A DNA stretch of 63,803 nt, filler included, from Reclinomonas americana ATCC 50394 (taxonomy: Eukaryota), in assembly GCA_048213135.1 (NCBI GenBank). It is 49 parts of 49 records of this genome, joined end to end, with 100 filler letters (N's around TTAATTAATTAA, not from the genome) between each part and the next. Parts side by side here need not be neighbours in the genome. Positions count along the whole stretch, not along the records: positions 1 to 1,215 come from AFZH01026106.1; positions 1,316 to 2,529 come from AFZH01026107.1; positions 2,630 to 3,841 come from AFZH01026108.1; positions 3,942 to 5,153 come from AFZH01026109.1; positions 5,254 to 6,466 come from AFZH01026110.1; positions 6,567 to 7,775 come from AFZH01026111.1; positions 7,876 to 9,086 come from AFZH01026112.1; positions 9,187 to 10,396 come from AFZH01026113.1; 41 more parts are not named here. One strand, given 5' to 3'. The position numbers and the translations under genes are program-made. This document shows positions 1-11,043 of this stretch, piece by piece. The stretch's first letter is position 1. The number at the start of each line of letters is the position of its first letter. The notes under the pieces are model-generated. The model saw nothing but the letters and a program-made list of their open reading frames with translations, had not been told where the DNA came from and did no database searches.

Positions 1-177
1 TCCCCCTCCCTTCCCCTCCCTTCCCGTCTCCCCCTCCCTTCTCTTCCCCCTCTCTTCCCCTCCCTTCCCGTCTCCCCCTCCCTTCTCTTCCCCTCCCTTC
101 CCCCTCCTTCCCCCTTCTTTCCCCTCTCTTCCCCTCCCTTTCCCCTCACTTCCCCTTGTCCTCTCTACCCCTTCGCA

Positions 178-1045
178 GCGACGAAGAAAGAGACGACGAC
201 GGCGACTACGACGACGCCGACGACGCGGACGACGAAAACGACGACGAAATCGGCGCCCTGCGCCTGTTCCGCGAGGAGAAGAGAGCCGAGCTGGAAGAGG
301 CCGAAGAGCACAAGCACGACCATGACGGCGATGCCACGAAAGCGGAAGAGGAGGACCCCACTCATTGTTGCGTAAATGCCTCAGCACTTGTGCGCACCGC
401 GAGATTGCTCACCCTCTGCATGCCTACAGTGTCCAAATTCGAGCGTGAGCAGAGGCGACTCCAGCGCGACATTCAGCAACTCGAAGAGGAGGCACTGAAG
501 GGTCGCGAGTGGGAGATGAAGGGCGAAGTGACAGCGAAGAAGCGACCCGTCGAGTCGCTGCTGTCCACCTATGTCGAATTCGACTCGGCCGCCAAGGTGT
601 GCACAGGGTGACGCGCTTCCTTCTCGTCGCCGCAGTGTGATGACTGTTTGCCCCGCAGCCGAAACCCGTCATCACCATGGAGGTCACCAACACGCTGGAG
701 TCGCTCATTCGCGCTCGCATCAAGGAGGGGCGTTTCGACGATGTGATTCGCAAGTACGACGTGCCCGTGAGCAGCCGCTCTGGTGGCATCCAGCTCGAGC
801 ACGAGAAGAGCACCAAGAGCCTCGGCGAGTTGTACGAGGATCAGTACATGCAGGAGGTGTGTGTATCGGTGAGAGAGGGTGTATGATTGTCGATGTACTC
901 ACCGATCTCGTGTACGTCGCAGGTAATGGGAGTGGACAAGGTGAGCGAGAAGCTGGCCAAGCAGCGCGAGGAGGTGCTCGATACGTTCCGGAAAGTGTGT
1001 TTCCGGTTGGATTCGCTGACGAACTTTACGTTTACGCCCAAGCCG
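178..1045 (+). CDS. MPP10: U3 snoRNP protein Mpp10, internal exons (partial, spliced)
   Basis: Spliced peptide SKFEREQRRLQRDIQQLEEEALKGREWEMKGEVTAKKRPVESLL..VEFDSAAK|PKPVITMEVTNTLESLIRARIKEGRFDDVIRK..KSTKSLGELYEDQY..LDSLTNFTFTPKP matches Mpp10 motifs; GT-AG introns at ~597-658 and ~857-922. Confidence 0.92.
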
Positions 1046-1215
1046 GTGAGTGGGACGAGAGGGAAAGGGAGGGGGAGGGAGAGCGGGAGGGAGGGAGAGG
1101 GAGATGGAATGGGAGAGGGAGAGGGAGAGGGAGAGGGAGAGAGAGAGAGGAGGAGAGGAGGAGGAGGAGGGAGGGGTAGAGGAGGAGGAGGAGGAGGAGG
1201 AGGAGGGAGGAGGGA

Positions 1216-1315
1216 NNNNNNNNNNNNNNNNNNNNNNNNNNNNNNNNNNNNNNNNNNNNTTAATTAATTAANNNNNNNNNNNNNNNNNNNNNNNNNNNNN
1301 NNNNNNNNNNNNNNN
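1216..1315. other. Artificial contig-joining linker N44-TTAATTAATTAA-N44 (first of 48 copies, one every ~1.3 kb up to 62506-62605)
   Basis: Identical 100-nt unit recurs 48 times. The core is palindromic with TAA in all six frames, flanking sequences are unrelated, and contig lengths fall from 1215 to 1198 nt. Confidence 0.98.
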
Positions 1316-2260
1316 CGGCCGGAATGCCGAACGGCATCTCGAACAACCTGCACCTGCACTTCACGGCCGAGGTGTTCATCAACCTCGGCGGTGAGTTCCG
1401 CCTCCGCTGGGGCGTGGACGGCAAGCAGGGCGAGTACATCAGCCATGACGGCGACATCGTCACCATCCCGACCTGGATCTTCCGCGGCTTCACGAATGAG
1501 GGGCCGGACGACGGCATCCTCTACACCGTGCTCGGCCGCGACGACAACGGCGGCATCATCTGGGGCCCCCTCGGTCCTGCGCGAGGCCGAGTCCTACGGG
1601 CTCCACCTCACGGCCGACAACAAGCTGATCGACACGGTCGCCGGCGACGTGCTCCCCGACGACGTGCCCCTCATCACCCCGATGAAGCAGCACTACATCG
1701 ACGAGCTGACGACCTACACGGTCGAGGACATGCGCTCGCGCGTCATCCAGCCCGGCGACCGGAAGTACTCGTCCGCGGCGCTGCTGTGTGCGGCCGTCGA
1801 CGGCGGTCGGGTCGAGCTCGCCACCGCGATCGGCTACGGCATGAGCGAGAACCGCCGTCAGGTGCCGAACGTGACCGAGCCGCACTCGTTCAACCTCGCC
1901 TGGGTCAAGGCCGAGCCCGGTCAGGGCGTGCTGCGCCACCGCCACGACAAGACGCAGGCGCTGCTGTTCAAGACCGGCCGCTGGGAGGTCACCCTCAACG
2001 GCGACCCGTCGACGACCGTGAACCTCGGCGCCGGAGACACCTTCTCCGTTCCCGAGGGGGCCTGGCGCTCGTATGTGTGCGTCGAGGGCGACGAGACCGG
2101 CTCCGGCACGGTGCTCGTGATCAACGGCGGCGACGACCGCGTCTACCTCGAGTGGGCACCGGAGGTCGTCGAGGCGGCAGCCGCAGCCGACTGGACGATC
2201 GATCCCAACGGCTACCTCGCTCCGCTCGGAGTGATGGTCACCGCGACCGAAGACGACTGA
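1316..2260 (+). CDS. Bacterial two-domain cupin protein, 5'-partial, with a +1 frameshift in the C-run at 1566-1570
   Basis: MPNGISNNLHLHFTAEVF..GDIVTIPTWIFRGF (cupin 1) continues after one extra C into SVLREAES..HRHDKTQALL..GDTFSVPEGAWRSY (cupin 2); no introns, actinobacterial high-GC codon usage. Confidence 0.8.
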   Translation, partial: RPECRTASRTTCTCTSRPRCSSTSAVSSASAGAWTASRASTSAMTATSSPSRPGSSAASRMRGRTTASSTPCSAATTTAASSGAPSVLREAESYGLHLTADNKLIDTVAGDVLPDDVPLITPMKQHYIDELTTYTVEDMRSRVIQPGDRKYSSAALLCAAVDGGRVELATAIGYGMSENRRQVPNVTEPHSFNLAWVKAEPGQGVLRHRHDKTQALLFKTGRWEVTLNGDPSTTVNLGAGDTFSVPEGAWRSYVCVEGDETGSGTVLVINGGDDRVYLEWAPEVVEAAAAADWTIDPNGYLAPLGVMVTATEDD

Positions 2261-2308
2261 GACGGACGAAGCGCGAGGGGCCGACGGCTCCTCGCGCTTC
2301 GGCGTCTC
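2259..2308 (+). terminator. GC-rich intergenic hairpin without U-tail (terminator or mRNA-stability element)
   Basis: CGAAGCGCGAGGGGCC (2267-2282) pairs with GGCTCCTCGCGCTTCG (2286-2301), extended by GAGACG/CGTCTC, directly after the stop codon. Confidence 0.55.
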
Positions 2309-2318
2309 CGAGGGGAAG

Positions 2319-2529
2319 ATGAGAGTCATGCCTGCAGCTGTCGATGAACTGCGCGTCGCCGCACTGTCGCCCGAGATCGTGATCGGCGACCTCGACGCGA
2401 ACCTCGAGCGCATCCGAGAGGCGATCATCGCCGCGGGGCGTCGCGATACGCGTCTGATCGTGCTCCCCGAGCTCGCCACGAGCGGATACGTCTTCGAAGA
2501 TCGTGCCGAGGCCGAGAAGGCGGCGCTCA
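2319..2529 (+). CDS. Carbon-nitrogen hydrolase (nitrilase superfamily), 3'-partial, bacterial
   Basis: RVAAL..IGDLDANLERI..LIVLPELATSGY is the catalytic-Glu motif of CN hydrolases; GAGGGG RBS upstream. Confidence 0.88.
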
Positions 2530-2629
2530 NNNNNNNNNNNNNNNNNNNNNNNNNNNNNNNNNNNNNNNNNNNNTTAATTAATTAANNNNNNNNNNNNNNN
2601 NNNNNNNNNNNNNNNNNNNNNNNNNNNNN

Positions 2630-3215
2630 GAGAGAGAGAGAGAAAGAGAGACAAATAGAAGCAGCGATTGTGCAACACTGGCAACGCAAGGAGAGTGAGT
2701 GCATGCGAGAGAAGAGAGCGAGCGAGAACGAACATGCATGCGTGACGAAGGGCGAGATGGAAGCAGACTTAGCTGAGCAACGGAGAGAAAACCAAGCGAG
2801 GTGCGAAGAGTCAAATTGCAACTCAGCAACAGCGAGAGACAGAGGGCGAGAAGGAAAGCGGATAGCTGAGCAACGGAGACAAATACAGAAAGAAAGAGTG
2901 CAAGAGAGAGAGAGACGAACAGAAACAGCGATCGTGCAACACAGGCAACGCAAGGCGAGTGAGAGAGAGGGAGAGCGAGAATGAGAGTGTGTATATACAT
3001 GCTGATGGCTGACAAACGGAGAGAGAAGACCGCGCGAGGTGAGACTGCAATCCGAATTCAGAGAGAGAGAGAGAGAGCCCAAATAGAGCAGTGGAAGCGC
3101 GTGCATGTGGGAGACAGAGGGTGAGAGACAGAGGGTGAGAGAACGAGGGGGCATGCATTGACGAAAGGCAAGACGCAATGCAAAGAGATGAACGCAAGAG
3201 GTGCAACATGCAGTC

Positions 3216-3255
<40 letters not shown>
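2630..3255. repeat. Degenerate direct repeats interleaved with (GA)n microsatellites
   Basis: CAGCGAT(T/C)GTGCAACAC(T/A)GGCAACGCAAGG at ~2662 and ~2926; GCTGAGCAACGGAGA at ~2772 and ~2865. Confidence 0.65.
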
Positions 3256-3257
<2 letters not shown>

Positions 3258-3374
3258 TTGTGCATGCATGACGAATGCAAAGAAGCGACGCTGAGGGCTG
3301 TGACGTGCAGCCGACCAAGAAACGCGAAACCAAGAGGCATGTGAGAGAACGACCCGACCTTGCCCTCTTCTCAC

Positions 3375-3821
3375 CTCACACGGAATGGCGGGCTTGCCGT
3401 CCTTGCCCGTGGTGACCGCCTCGACCTTGCGCATGACCAGCAGACCCTCCTGATTGATGACCTTGCCAAACACCACATGCTTGCCGTCGAGCCAGTCGCA
3501 CTTGGCGCACGTGATGAAGAACTGGCATCCGTTCGTGTCGGCGCCACTGTTGGCCATCGACAAGAGACCCTTGGCGTGTGCCACGAGTGGAGAATGAGCG
3601 GCGAGGAACGAAAGAGAAGACAAGCAAGAAGAAGACGAAAGGTACCGGTCCAGTGTGATGCAGCTCGAATCCCTCATCGGCAAACTGCGATCCGTAGATG
3701 CTGAACGAGCCAGTGCCATCGCCCTGCTCACAACGCATGAGTGACAAGCTAGCCTTGCAACAACACACACAGCACGCGAGCGCGCAACATTGACAAAATC
3801 GCCACCCTGAATCATGAAATC
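3375..3821 (-). CDS. PPIH: Cyclophilin H-like peptidyl-prolyl isomerase (spliceosomal), partial, 2 introns
   Basis: [81 protein letters not shown]; the [16 protein letters not shown] and GLLVMRK motifs are PPIH-type. Confidence 0.88.
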
Positions 3822-3991
3822 CTGTTGCACAGAAAAGAGAGNNNNNNNNNNNNNNNNNNNNNNNNNNNNNNNNNNNNNNNNNNNNTTAATTAATTAANNN
3901 NNNNNNNNNNNNNNNNNNNNNNNNNNNNNNNNNNNNNNNNNCAGTGAGCAGGAGCGAACGTGTGCCGGCAGACAGTGTGAGACGACGCGCA

Positions 3992-5123
3992 CCTTTTCCC
4001 AGCTGGTCAACACGTTGAATGCTTGACGCAAGTGCTGCACGGCGGCGTCGGCGTCGTACGGCGATTTGCCGTCGCCACGCAGCAGCCGCGGCATGTCGAC
4101 TTGCGCAGCCACACGATCGGCAATCGTGTCGGCAATGCGCTCCATCAGCGGTCGCATGCGGTGATCACGGTTAAAGTACCGACTGCGCAGCGTTGTCTCG
4201 TCAGTCAGCAAGTCAAGGAAAAGCGAGAGAAGAAACTAGTCATATCCGCCGTACCTAATGATCCACACCATGCGCAGTGCCTTGAGCATCGACGGAATGG
4301 TGTCCAGCATGGTCGACAAGTCGCCCTCGGTGAGGTTCTTGAAATGGCGCTCCAGCGTGGTGAGGAACTTGACATTGTCCTTGGCCTCCGAGTACAGATT
4401 GTTCAACTCCTTCTTCAGCTCAAAGAACGCCGAGTACACCTCGCTCTCGCCAAGTCGCTCGCCGCGCTCCTTGACTTGCAGCACCTCGAGGATGCGCAGC
4501 GCCGGTCGGCTGTTGATCTGCTCGTACACGGTGCCGACGGCAGCGTTGCGGTCTCGCCAAAAGTCAATGTCGGCCAACGGACCCTGTGCGTGTGCGTGGT
4601 AAGCGGCAGGTACACACGGGCGAAGGGGAGTGCACCACATGTGAGCGACAAACCTTGCCGGGTTCCACCTCGTTGCCCTTCTCACTGTCAATGAGGTTGC
4701 GAATGCGCTCAGTCCATGTGCGCACGCACTCCTCAATGCGCTCCACCAACTCCGGGTCCTCCGTGGCCACTCGTTGCGCACTGTCAATGATAAAGTCGGG
4801 GATCTCGATGCGGACCTCGCCACCGACTTGCTGCCGTACGTGCGACAGTTGCAACGTGAACTTGCGCAGATTCGAGACAAACTCGCTGCGCACGTTGGCA
4901 TCGCCAGAACTGGGCGCTCCACCGCCGGCAGCCGCCGACGCCGAGGCGTGGAAGTGTGAATGCTGCTGGTGTTGCGTGTCGTCCAGCAGCGGCACAAACA
5001 CCTCCGACAACACCTCCTCCAGCGCCGTCAGCGAATGGTTTGACAGCGCGCCAAACTCGAAATACTTCTCCATGACGATTGCTTGCGCTGCACGAAAAAA
5101 ACCGTCATCAATGAGACCACCAG
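3992..5123 (-). CDS. DNAH10: Axonemal dynein heavy chain N-terminal (DHC_N1) region, DNAH10/inner-arm I1-alpha type, partial, spliced
   Basis: GPLADIDFWRDRNA..EAKDNVKFLTTLERHFKNL..LDTIPSMLKALRMVWII|SRYFNRDHRMRPLMERIA matches the DNAH10 signature (ALRMVWIISRHYN.D.RM.PLMERIA). Confidence 0.88.
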
Positions 5124-5253
5124 CAGGCACAGGGCGGCAAGACACACACACAGNNNNNNNNNNNNNNNNNNNNNNNNNNNNNNNNNNNNNNNNNNNNTTA
5201 ATTAATTAANNNNNNNNNNNNNNNNNNNNNNNNNNNNNNNNNNNNNNNNNNNN

Positions 5254-6455
5254 AGAAAGAGGCACAGCATCACTGAAAGTCGAGTAGTGCACCTTCGGCG
5301 GCCTTGATCGCCTCAACTCGCGAAGGCGACTGGCCGAGTGGTTCCGAGTGTGGTGATTCGGCAGTGGGCGACGAGCTCGAAGAGCGCAGTTGCGATGCAT
5401 CGTCAACCGACTGCGTGCGCCTTCTCCACAGCTGACCGGGGGTGGAAAAGAGTTGTCGTGCCGAACCGTCTCGTTGTGGAGACGCAGCTACCATGCAACA
5501 AGCATCATCAGCTCACATCCAACAAGAGAGTTGAGCGGTGGTGATACAGGCGACAACACACCTGCATCGGCACGAGCACCCGCAGCAGGCGATGCCACTT
5601 GCACGGCCACAGTGGGTGCACCCAGCGCCGTGACACACACAATCTCATCGTCGTCGCCACCGTCGCTCGCCGAGTCTGCATCCTTTCCGTCGCCATCGGC
5701 AAACAAATCACCAAGCGCGTACAGATTCGGAAACAGCACATGCTCCTTGAATAAGTGCGACAAAAACGGGAACTGCCCACAGGAGCATCTCGTAAGGAAA
5801 TAAACGCGGTCACAGCGAGTAAGAAGGAGATCGACGCACCTGGTCGACGACATATTGCACCACGCGGAACAGGCAATCGAGAAACGCGGTCTGGAAGTCA
5901 CGCTCATTTAACCGTGTAATGGCCTTGGTCATCATCGGCACCAAATCGATCATCTGCGACAGCCGACATTGAAACATCACATCCGGCCACGTGGTGGCTG
6001 TTCGACGCCACAGAGCCTCGAGTGCCGCACACGGCCAACCTGGCGCATCCACACCATTCCGTCAGGTCATGGACTCAAACAAGGACATCGTGGTGCAGCT
6101 GTGGTCGTCTCACCATTTCTTGCCATCTCCTGTTCGTCGCGCTCCAGCAGCCCGCGAACGGTCACGGTGACGCCCGCAATGGTGTCGTCCACGTTGAGAT
6201 GATTCTCGTTAAACTAACAGACGCGTACACAGTCAGCCGCACCTTCGTAACAAAGAAGCACCGCCTTCCCATTCACACACACGCACCTTGCAAGTACTCA
6301 AAATCAACAACAAAAGCTCCACACACGGAACGAGCAACTTGTCGGCCACGGCATCTTTTCGACATTCGGCGTTCAGCAATGGAATGACGGCGGCAAAACT
6401 TTGGAAAAACAGCTGCTGCTTCTCGAGGGTACTGTGTGCGGTGGCCTCACGCATG
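5254..6455 (-). CDS. Hypothetical eukaryotic protein (helical segment then acidic/Ser-rich), spliced, partial
   Basis: Frames join across GT-AG introns (..LILSTCK|FNENHLNVDD..ARN|GWPCAALEALW..QYVVDQ|RVYFLTRC..); family not recognised. Confidence 0.55.
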
Positions 6456-6566
6456 AGTACTTTTTTNNNNNNNNNNNNNNNNNNNNNNNNNNNNNNNNNN
6501 NNNNNNNNNNTTAATTAATTAANNNNNNNNNNNNNNNNNNNNNNNNNNNNNNNNNNNNNNNNNNNN

Positions 6567-7283
6567 CGTCGTGACCAGCTCGGCGACGTCCGACAGACGG
6601 TTGCGCAGGCTGAGCTCCTTGAGAGCGTCCATCATCTCCGTCATCAGGATCGCCACGCGGTAGCTGAAGTCGCGGTTGACGACAGCGGCCTCGAGTGCCC
6701 GCCTGGTCACGACCTGGTGCACCACGAAGGCGACGAGGGTGAGGTAGACGAGGGCGATGACCGAGGTCGCGGGGTCGGCGACGAACAGCACGACGAGGAT
6801 CAGCACGAACGTGAAGAGCGAGCTGGGCACGCGCATGAGCGGGAGCAGGAAACCGGCCATGGTGTTCGCGATGCCACCGTCGGCGATACGGGTGATCTCC
6901 GCGACGGAGCGCTTCGAGCGCTCCTCCCAGCTCGAGTTGATGTAGGCCTTGAACATCCGGTCGCCGATCTCCAGCTCGTAGCGCGCGAAACGACGCGTCG
7001 CGAACCAGTGGAGGGTGACGGACAGCACGGACTTCAGGATGATGAGGCCGCACGCGGCCACAGCGATGGTGGGCACCTGATCCGGGCCGACCTCCCCGAG
7101 GAAGGGGAGGTTCATCGTCCCGCCGGCGAGTGCCGGACCGATCAGGACCGCGAGCAGCGACATCGCGATGACGTCGAGGGCGGTGATCAGCGTCGTGGCG
7201 ATCATGTATCCCACGAAGTACCGCTGCGCCCCGAGGGGCAGCAGCGGCAGGAGGTCCTTCAGGACCGGCCAGATTCTCTTCAT
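6567..7283 (-). CDS. Bacterial ABC exporter (fused permease/ATP-binding), N-terminal TM part, 3'-partial
   Basis: Hydrophobic ABC_membrane-like helices, no introns; ATG lies 12 nt after the upstream oxidoreductase stop; Microbacterium-like. Confidence 0.82.
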
Positions 7284-7295
7284 ACGCTCCGCTAC

Positions 7296-7775
7296 TCAGA
7301 AAGTGGTCGACACGCCGGTGGCGGCCGAGGTGACTGCACCCTCGACGACGGCGAGGGTGTGCAGACCCTGCTCCATCGTGACGAGGTCGCTCGGCTTGCC
7401 CAGGACCGCATCGCGGAACGCCTCGTGCTCCACCTTGAGCGGCTCGCGCTTCGCGTAGGAGTAACGGGTGATGTCCCCCTCCGAGACGCCGCGGAACGAC
7501 GAGATCGAGTCCCACTCGAGCGGGATCGTGCCGTTGGCGTAGAAGGTGAGGTCGCCGGTCGCGGTGTCCGCGATGAACGTGCCGCGTTCGCCGGTGACGA
7601 CGGTGACGCGCTCCTTCATCGGCGAGAGCCAGTTGACGAGGTGGTTCACGATCACGCCGTTCGCCAGGCGACCGGTGACGGTGATCATGTCCTCGAACTC
7701 GCGGCCGCTGCGGTGCGCGGTCTGCGCGAAGACGGTCCGGTACTCGCTCTGGGCGACCCAGCTGGTCAGATCGAT
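7296..7775 (-). CDS. Gfo/Idh/MocA-family oxidoreductase C-terminal half (sugar-nucleotide dehydrogenase-like), 5'-partial, bacterial
   Basis: IDLTSW..HLVNWLSPMKER..VTGERG..KREPLKVEHEAFRDAV..TMEQGLHTLAVVE is the typical GFO_IDH_MocA C-terminus. Confidence 0.82.
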   Translation of the reverse strand: MDLTSWVAQSEYRTVFAQTAHRSGREFEDMITVTGRLANGVIVNHLVNWLSPMKERVTVVTGERGTFIADTATGDLTFYANGTIPLEWDSISSFRGVSEGDITRYSYAKREPLKVEHEAFRDAVLGKPSDLVTMEQGLHTLAVVEGAVTSAATGVSTTF

Positions 7776-7875
7776 NNNNNNNNNNNNNNNNNNNNNNNNN
7801 NNNNNNNNNNNNNNNNNNNTTAATTAATTAANNNNNNNNNNNNNNNNNNNNNNNNNNNNNNNNNNNNNNNNNNNN

Positions 7876-8193
7876 ACGAAGAAGCCGCAGCTGAAGATTG
7901 CTGGCAAGCGGCCGCCGCCACCGTTACCTGCACCAACGCCTGTGATTGCCGTGTCCTCCTCGAGCACGACAACCACGACGGCGACAGCGGAGACGGCGGG
8001 CGATCCTCCGCCGATGAAGAGGGCGCGAGTGGCGGACGACGATGACGTGGAGGTGCCGTCGCTGCTGGGCGTGCACTACGAATCGTCCAGTGACGACGAC
8101 GACGACGACGACAGCCATCATGAGGGAGGCAGGAGTAGCGCAGGTGGTGAGGCAACAGCGAAGGGGGAGGAGGAGCAGGGTGGAGAATCATGA
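7876..8193 (+). CDS. Acidic low-complexity C-terminus of an unknown eukaryotic protein
   Basis: Open frame with PPPMKRARV (NLS-like) and poly-Asp, ending at TGA 8191-8193. Confidence 0.4.
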   Translation, partial: TKKPQLKIAGKRPPPPLPAPTPVIAVSSSSTTTTTATAETAGDPPPMKRARVADDDDVEVPSLLGVHYESSSDDDDDDDSHHEGGRSSAGGEATAKGEEEQGGES

Positions 8194-8791
8194 TTAATAG
8201 TCGTGTGATATTTCGGTATCTGATGAGCGGGCCTTTTTCTTCCACGAACGAGCGCCGAACACGCATGAGCGGGCTCGCCACCTATTTATACCGCCACTGC
8301 GCGAAACCCCGGGAATACACATTGCAGTCAGCGTGCGAGCCAAGGCCACCACCACCAGCAGCTGTTCGATTTCACTTCGAACGTGTGGCCAGCTTGCACG
8401 ATCACGATCGAGAACCACGATTACAAGCAACTCAACACGACCACGTTGCGAGTGTAACCCTGCTTGTGAGCCGCACGTGGCTGCACACAACTTCCGAGTC
8501 CTCGAGCTCGCCAACTGCAACTGCAAGTTGCGCAACAGTCGCTTCCACTTGCCAACTCACGCAACGTACAGCCGCCCACACACCAACTACAGCAAAGCGA
8601 TCCACTTGCGTCAAGTTGCGCGTGTGCGGAGAAACACAACAAGGCACTTCGATCGTCCTGTTTGTCAGTCACCTCCTCATTGTTCTGTGGTCGGTGGGAG
8701 CGCAGTGCAGTCGACCAGTCTCCTCTCCACTCGCCAACAACAAACAGCTGCACAGACCACCACCAGTGCAAGCAGACAAGGAGCAGCAACA

Positions 8792-9086
8792 ATGGCAGCC
8801 ACATGCAGTGTGCGTGTGATTGCGCGCTTTCGACCAATGAACTCTCGTTGCGTCACTGTGTGACCAAGTGTGCAAGTGCAAGTAAGAGAGAGAGACACTG
8901 ACCATTGTGCGTGCACTCAACACAGGAGAAATTAGCGAGTCGGTCTGTGTGTGCCATGTCGCTCTCTTGCTCTGTCTCTCTCTCTCTCATGCGTGTGTCT
9001 CACAGACTGAGAATCGTGTGAGTCTCAACTTCAAAGGCGAAGACTCGCTGGAGATTGTGACGCAGAGCTTTGCAAAGCACTCGTTC
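8792..9086 (+). CDS. Kinesin motor domain N-terminus (kinesin-1-like), 3 exons including a 17-nt microexon, partial
   Basis: MAATCSVRVIARFRPMNSR|EISES|TENRVSLNFKGEDSLEI..KHSF; V.V.ARFRP.N..E is the start of the kinesin motor. Confidence 0.8.
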
Positions 9087-9186
9087 NNNNNNNNNNNNNN
9101 NNNNNNNNNNNNNNNNNNNNNNNNNNNNNNTTAATTAATTAANNNNNNNNNNNNNNNNNNNNNNNNNNNNNNNNNNNNNNNNNNNN

Positions 9187-10082
9187 GTTGGGAGGGGCAA
9201 GTCGAAACTCTGGTGGAGGTGGCTCCTGCAGGCGACTCGGTCGCGGCCCCACGTTTCTCACAGGTTGTTCCGGTTCACGTTCCGCTGCTGGCGCTTCGCT
9301 GCACACGAGTTGTCTTGATAAGTGGATCTTGCCAGCATACACACAAGCAAAAACACCAACCCTGGCAACTGCAGCGCCGGCTCAATCACCAGTCGTCGCA
9401 CGAGCGCAGACAAGTCGGCGACCTTGCGCAAGTACTGGCGGCCGTCGGAGGGTTGCTTTGACGGATCCACATGATCTTGCATGCTGCGACACACACACAC
9501 GCGCGCACAAGTGAGCACGCCACAGTTGCATCACCAACCTCTTCATCATAGTCATGCACGAGAGACGCAACGCAATGTCGCAAGTGTAGGTGTCCTCGGA
9601 GACCGAATCGACAACATTGGCGACCAACTTGGAGCCCATCACCAGCAGCGAGGCCATGAAGGTGTGTCCCTCGCGATTCGGATGTGAGTAGTTGAAGGAG
9701 AAGGCACAGAAGGTGCCCTGCTGCACCATCCAGTGCTCCGGCACCAGCACTCCATAATCTTTGCAGACGACGAAGGAGAATTTGAGCAATATGCACACAG
9801 ACACACACACGCGCACTCACACACACACCAGCAGCCTCTTCCTCGGGCGCATCATTGGCGGTTCCAATGCACCGGAACCCATTGTGCAGCATCACTGCAT
9901 GAAAGGCCAGTGCCACAGCCTGCGCCTGTGTCTGAGGCGCCGCCGACAAGGAGCTACATTAAGAACAAGGCAAGCCAGTGAGCCGCGCGCACACACTCTT
10001 TCCCTCTCTCTCTCTCTCTCCCCTCGACGCTCCCGCGTGGAAAACGCAACGAGTACACCTCCAGAACTTCCGCGTTGGCCAT
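9187..10082 (-). CDS. PSMF1: Proteasome inhibitor PI31 (PSMF1), N-terminal FP domain, spliced, partial
   Basis: AVALAFHAVMLHNGFRCIG..LVPEHW..FSFNYSH..LVMGSKLVANV..DHV fits PI31_Prot_N, followed by a Pro-rich tail. Confidence 0.72.
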
Positions 10083-10178
10083 GAACGCGCACGCTGGAGA
10101 GCGAGAGAAATAAAGGTGAGAGAAAGACAATCAATCAACTCGCGCGCGCGAAACATCCTCTCTCACCTCCCGCACCCC

Positions 10179-10304
10179 ATGAAGCTGGAGTTGGAGAGTG
10201 CACACGAGCTGAGCCTGCCCGCACAGGCAGTGTGTGTGGGCGAGGAGTATGTGTGTGCCGCCGTCGACAAGACCAGCGTGGGTGTGTGGCCACGCGAGTC
10301 GTCG
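10179..10304 (+). CDS. First exon of a probable WD40/beta-propeller protein, divergent from PI31
   Basis: MKLELESAHELSLPAQAVCVGEEYVCAAVDKTSVGVW followed by a GTGAG donor. Confidence 0.4.
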
Positions 10305-10496
10305 GTGAGCTTGCGCTCGTGTGTTGGAGTGAGCGGGCGGGCAAGCCGTCCACTGACTGTGCTCTTGATGCGTGTCTGCCTTGGTGTTGTGCGTGCNNNN
10401 NNNNNNNNNNNNNNNNNNNNNNNNNNNNNNNNNNNNNNNNTTAATTAATTAANNNNNNNNNNNNNNNNNNNNNNNNNNNNNNNNNNNNNNNNNNNN

Positions 10497-11043
10497 TTGT
10501 CGCGCACCATCGTCGTCGCGAACATCGGGATCGGCTCCGTACATCAACAGCATCTGCGTAAACACTGGATCGCCCTGCACGGCCGCGTAGTACAGCGGCG
10601 ACCATCCCTTCTTGTCGACCTTGTTGGTGCGCGCTCTGTGCTGCAGCAGCTCCCACGCGACCTCCACATGCCCGTTCTCAATGGCAATCGACAGCACCGG
10701 GGCGTCTGCATCAGCAAGGTGAGAACCGTCGTCGATTGATGGAGAGCGAGGCAGTGATGGAACGTGCCATTGGGACCGATCTGGTTCGGATCCGCAGCCT
10801 CCTCCATGAGCATCAGACGGACGACCTCCTTGCGGCCCTTTTCCACCGCAGCGACAAACGCATTGCGGCCTATGTGCATTGCAGAAACACATCAGTTGTC
10901 AAAGAGAGAAATAAGCAAAAAATGGAAGAGATTAGCGCACCATCCTCGTAGTGCATAGTGGGATCAGCATTCTCATCCAACAGACGACGCACGACCTTGG
11001 CATCGCCCTTTTGTGCCGCATGCCACAGTTTCTCCGCTTGCAC
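10497..11043 (-). CDS. Ankyrin-repeat protein, spliced, partial
   Basis: LWHAAQKGDAKVVRRLL..AAVEKGRKEVVRLML..IAIENGHVEVAWELL..GWSPLYYAAVQG..LLMYGADPDVRD. Confidence 0.9.

Noticed and set aside
1561..1580. Programmed ribosomal frameshift in the cupin gene
   Set aside because: No canonical slippery heptamer or evident stimulatory structure; a homopolymer indel is more parsimonious.
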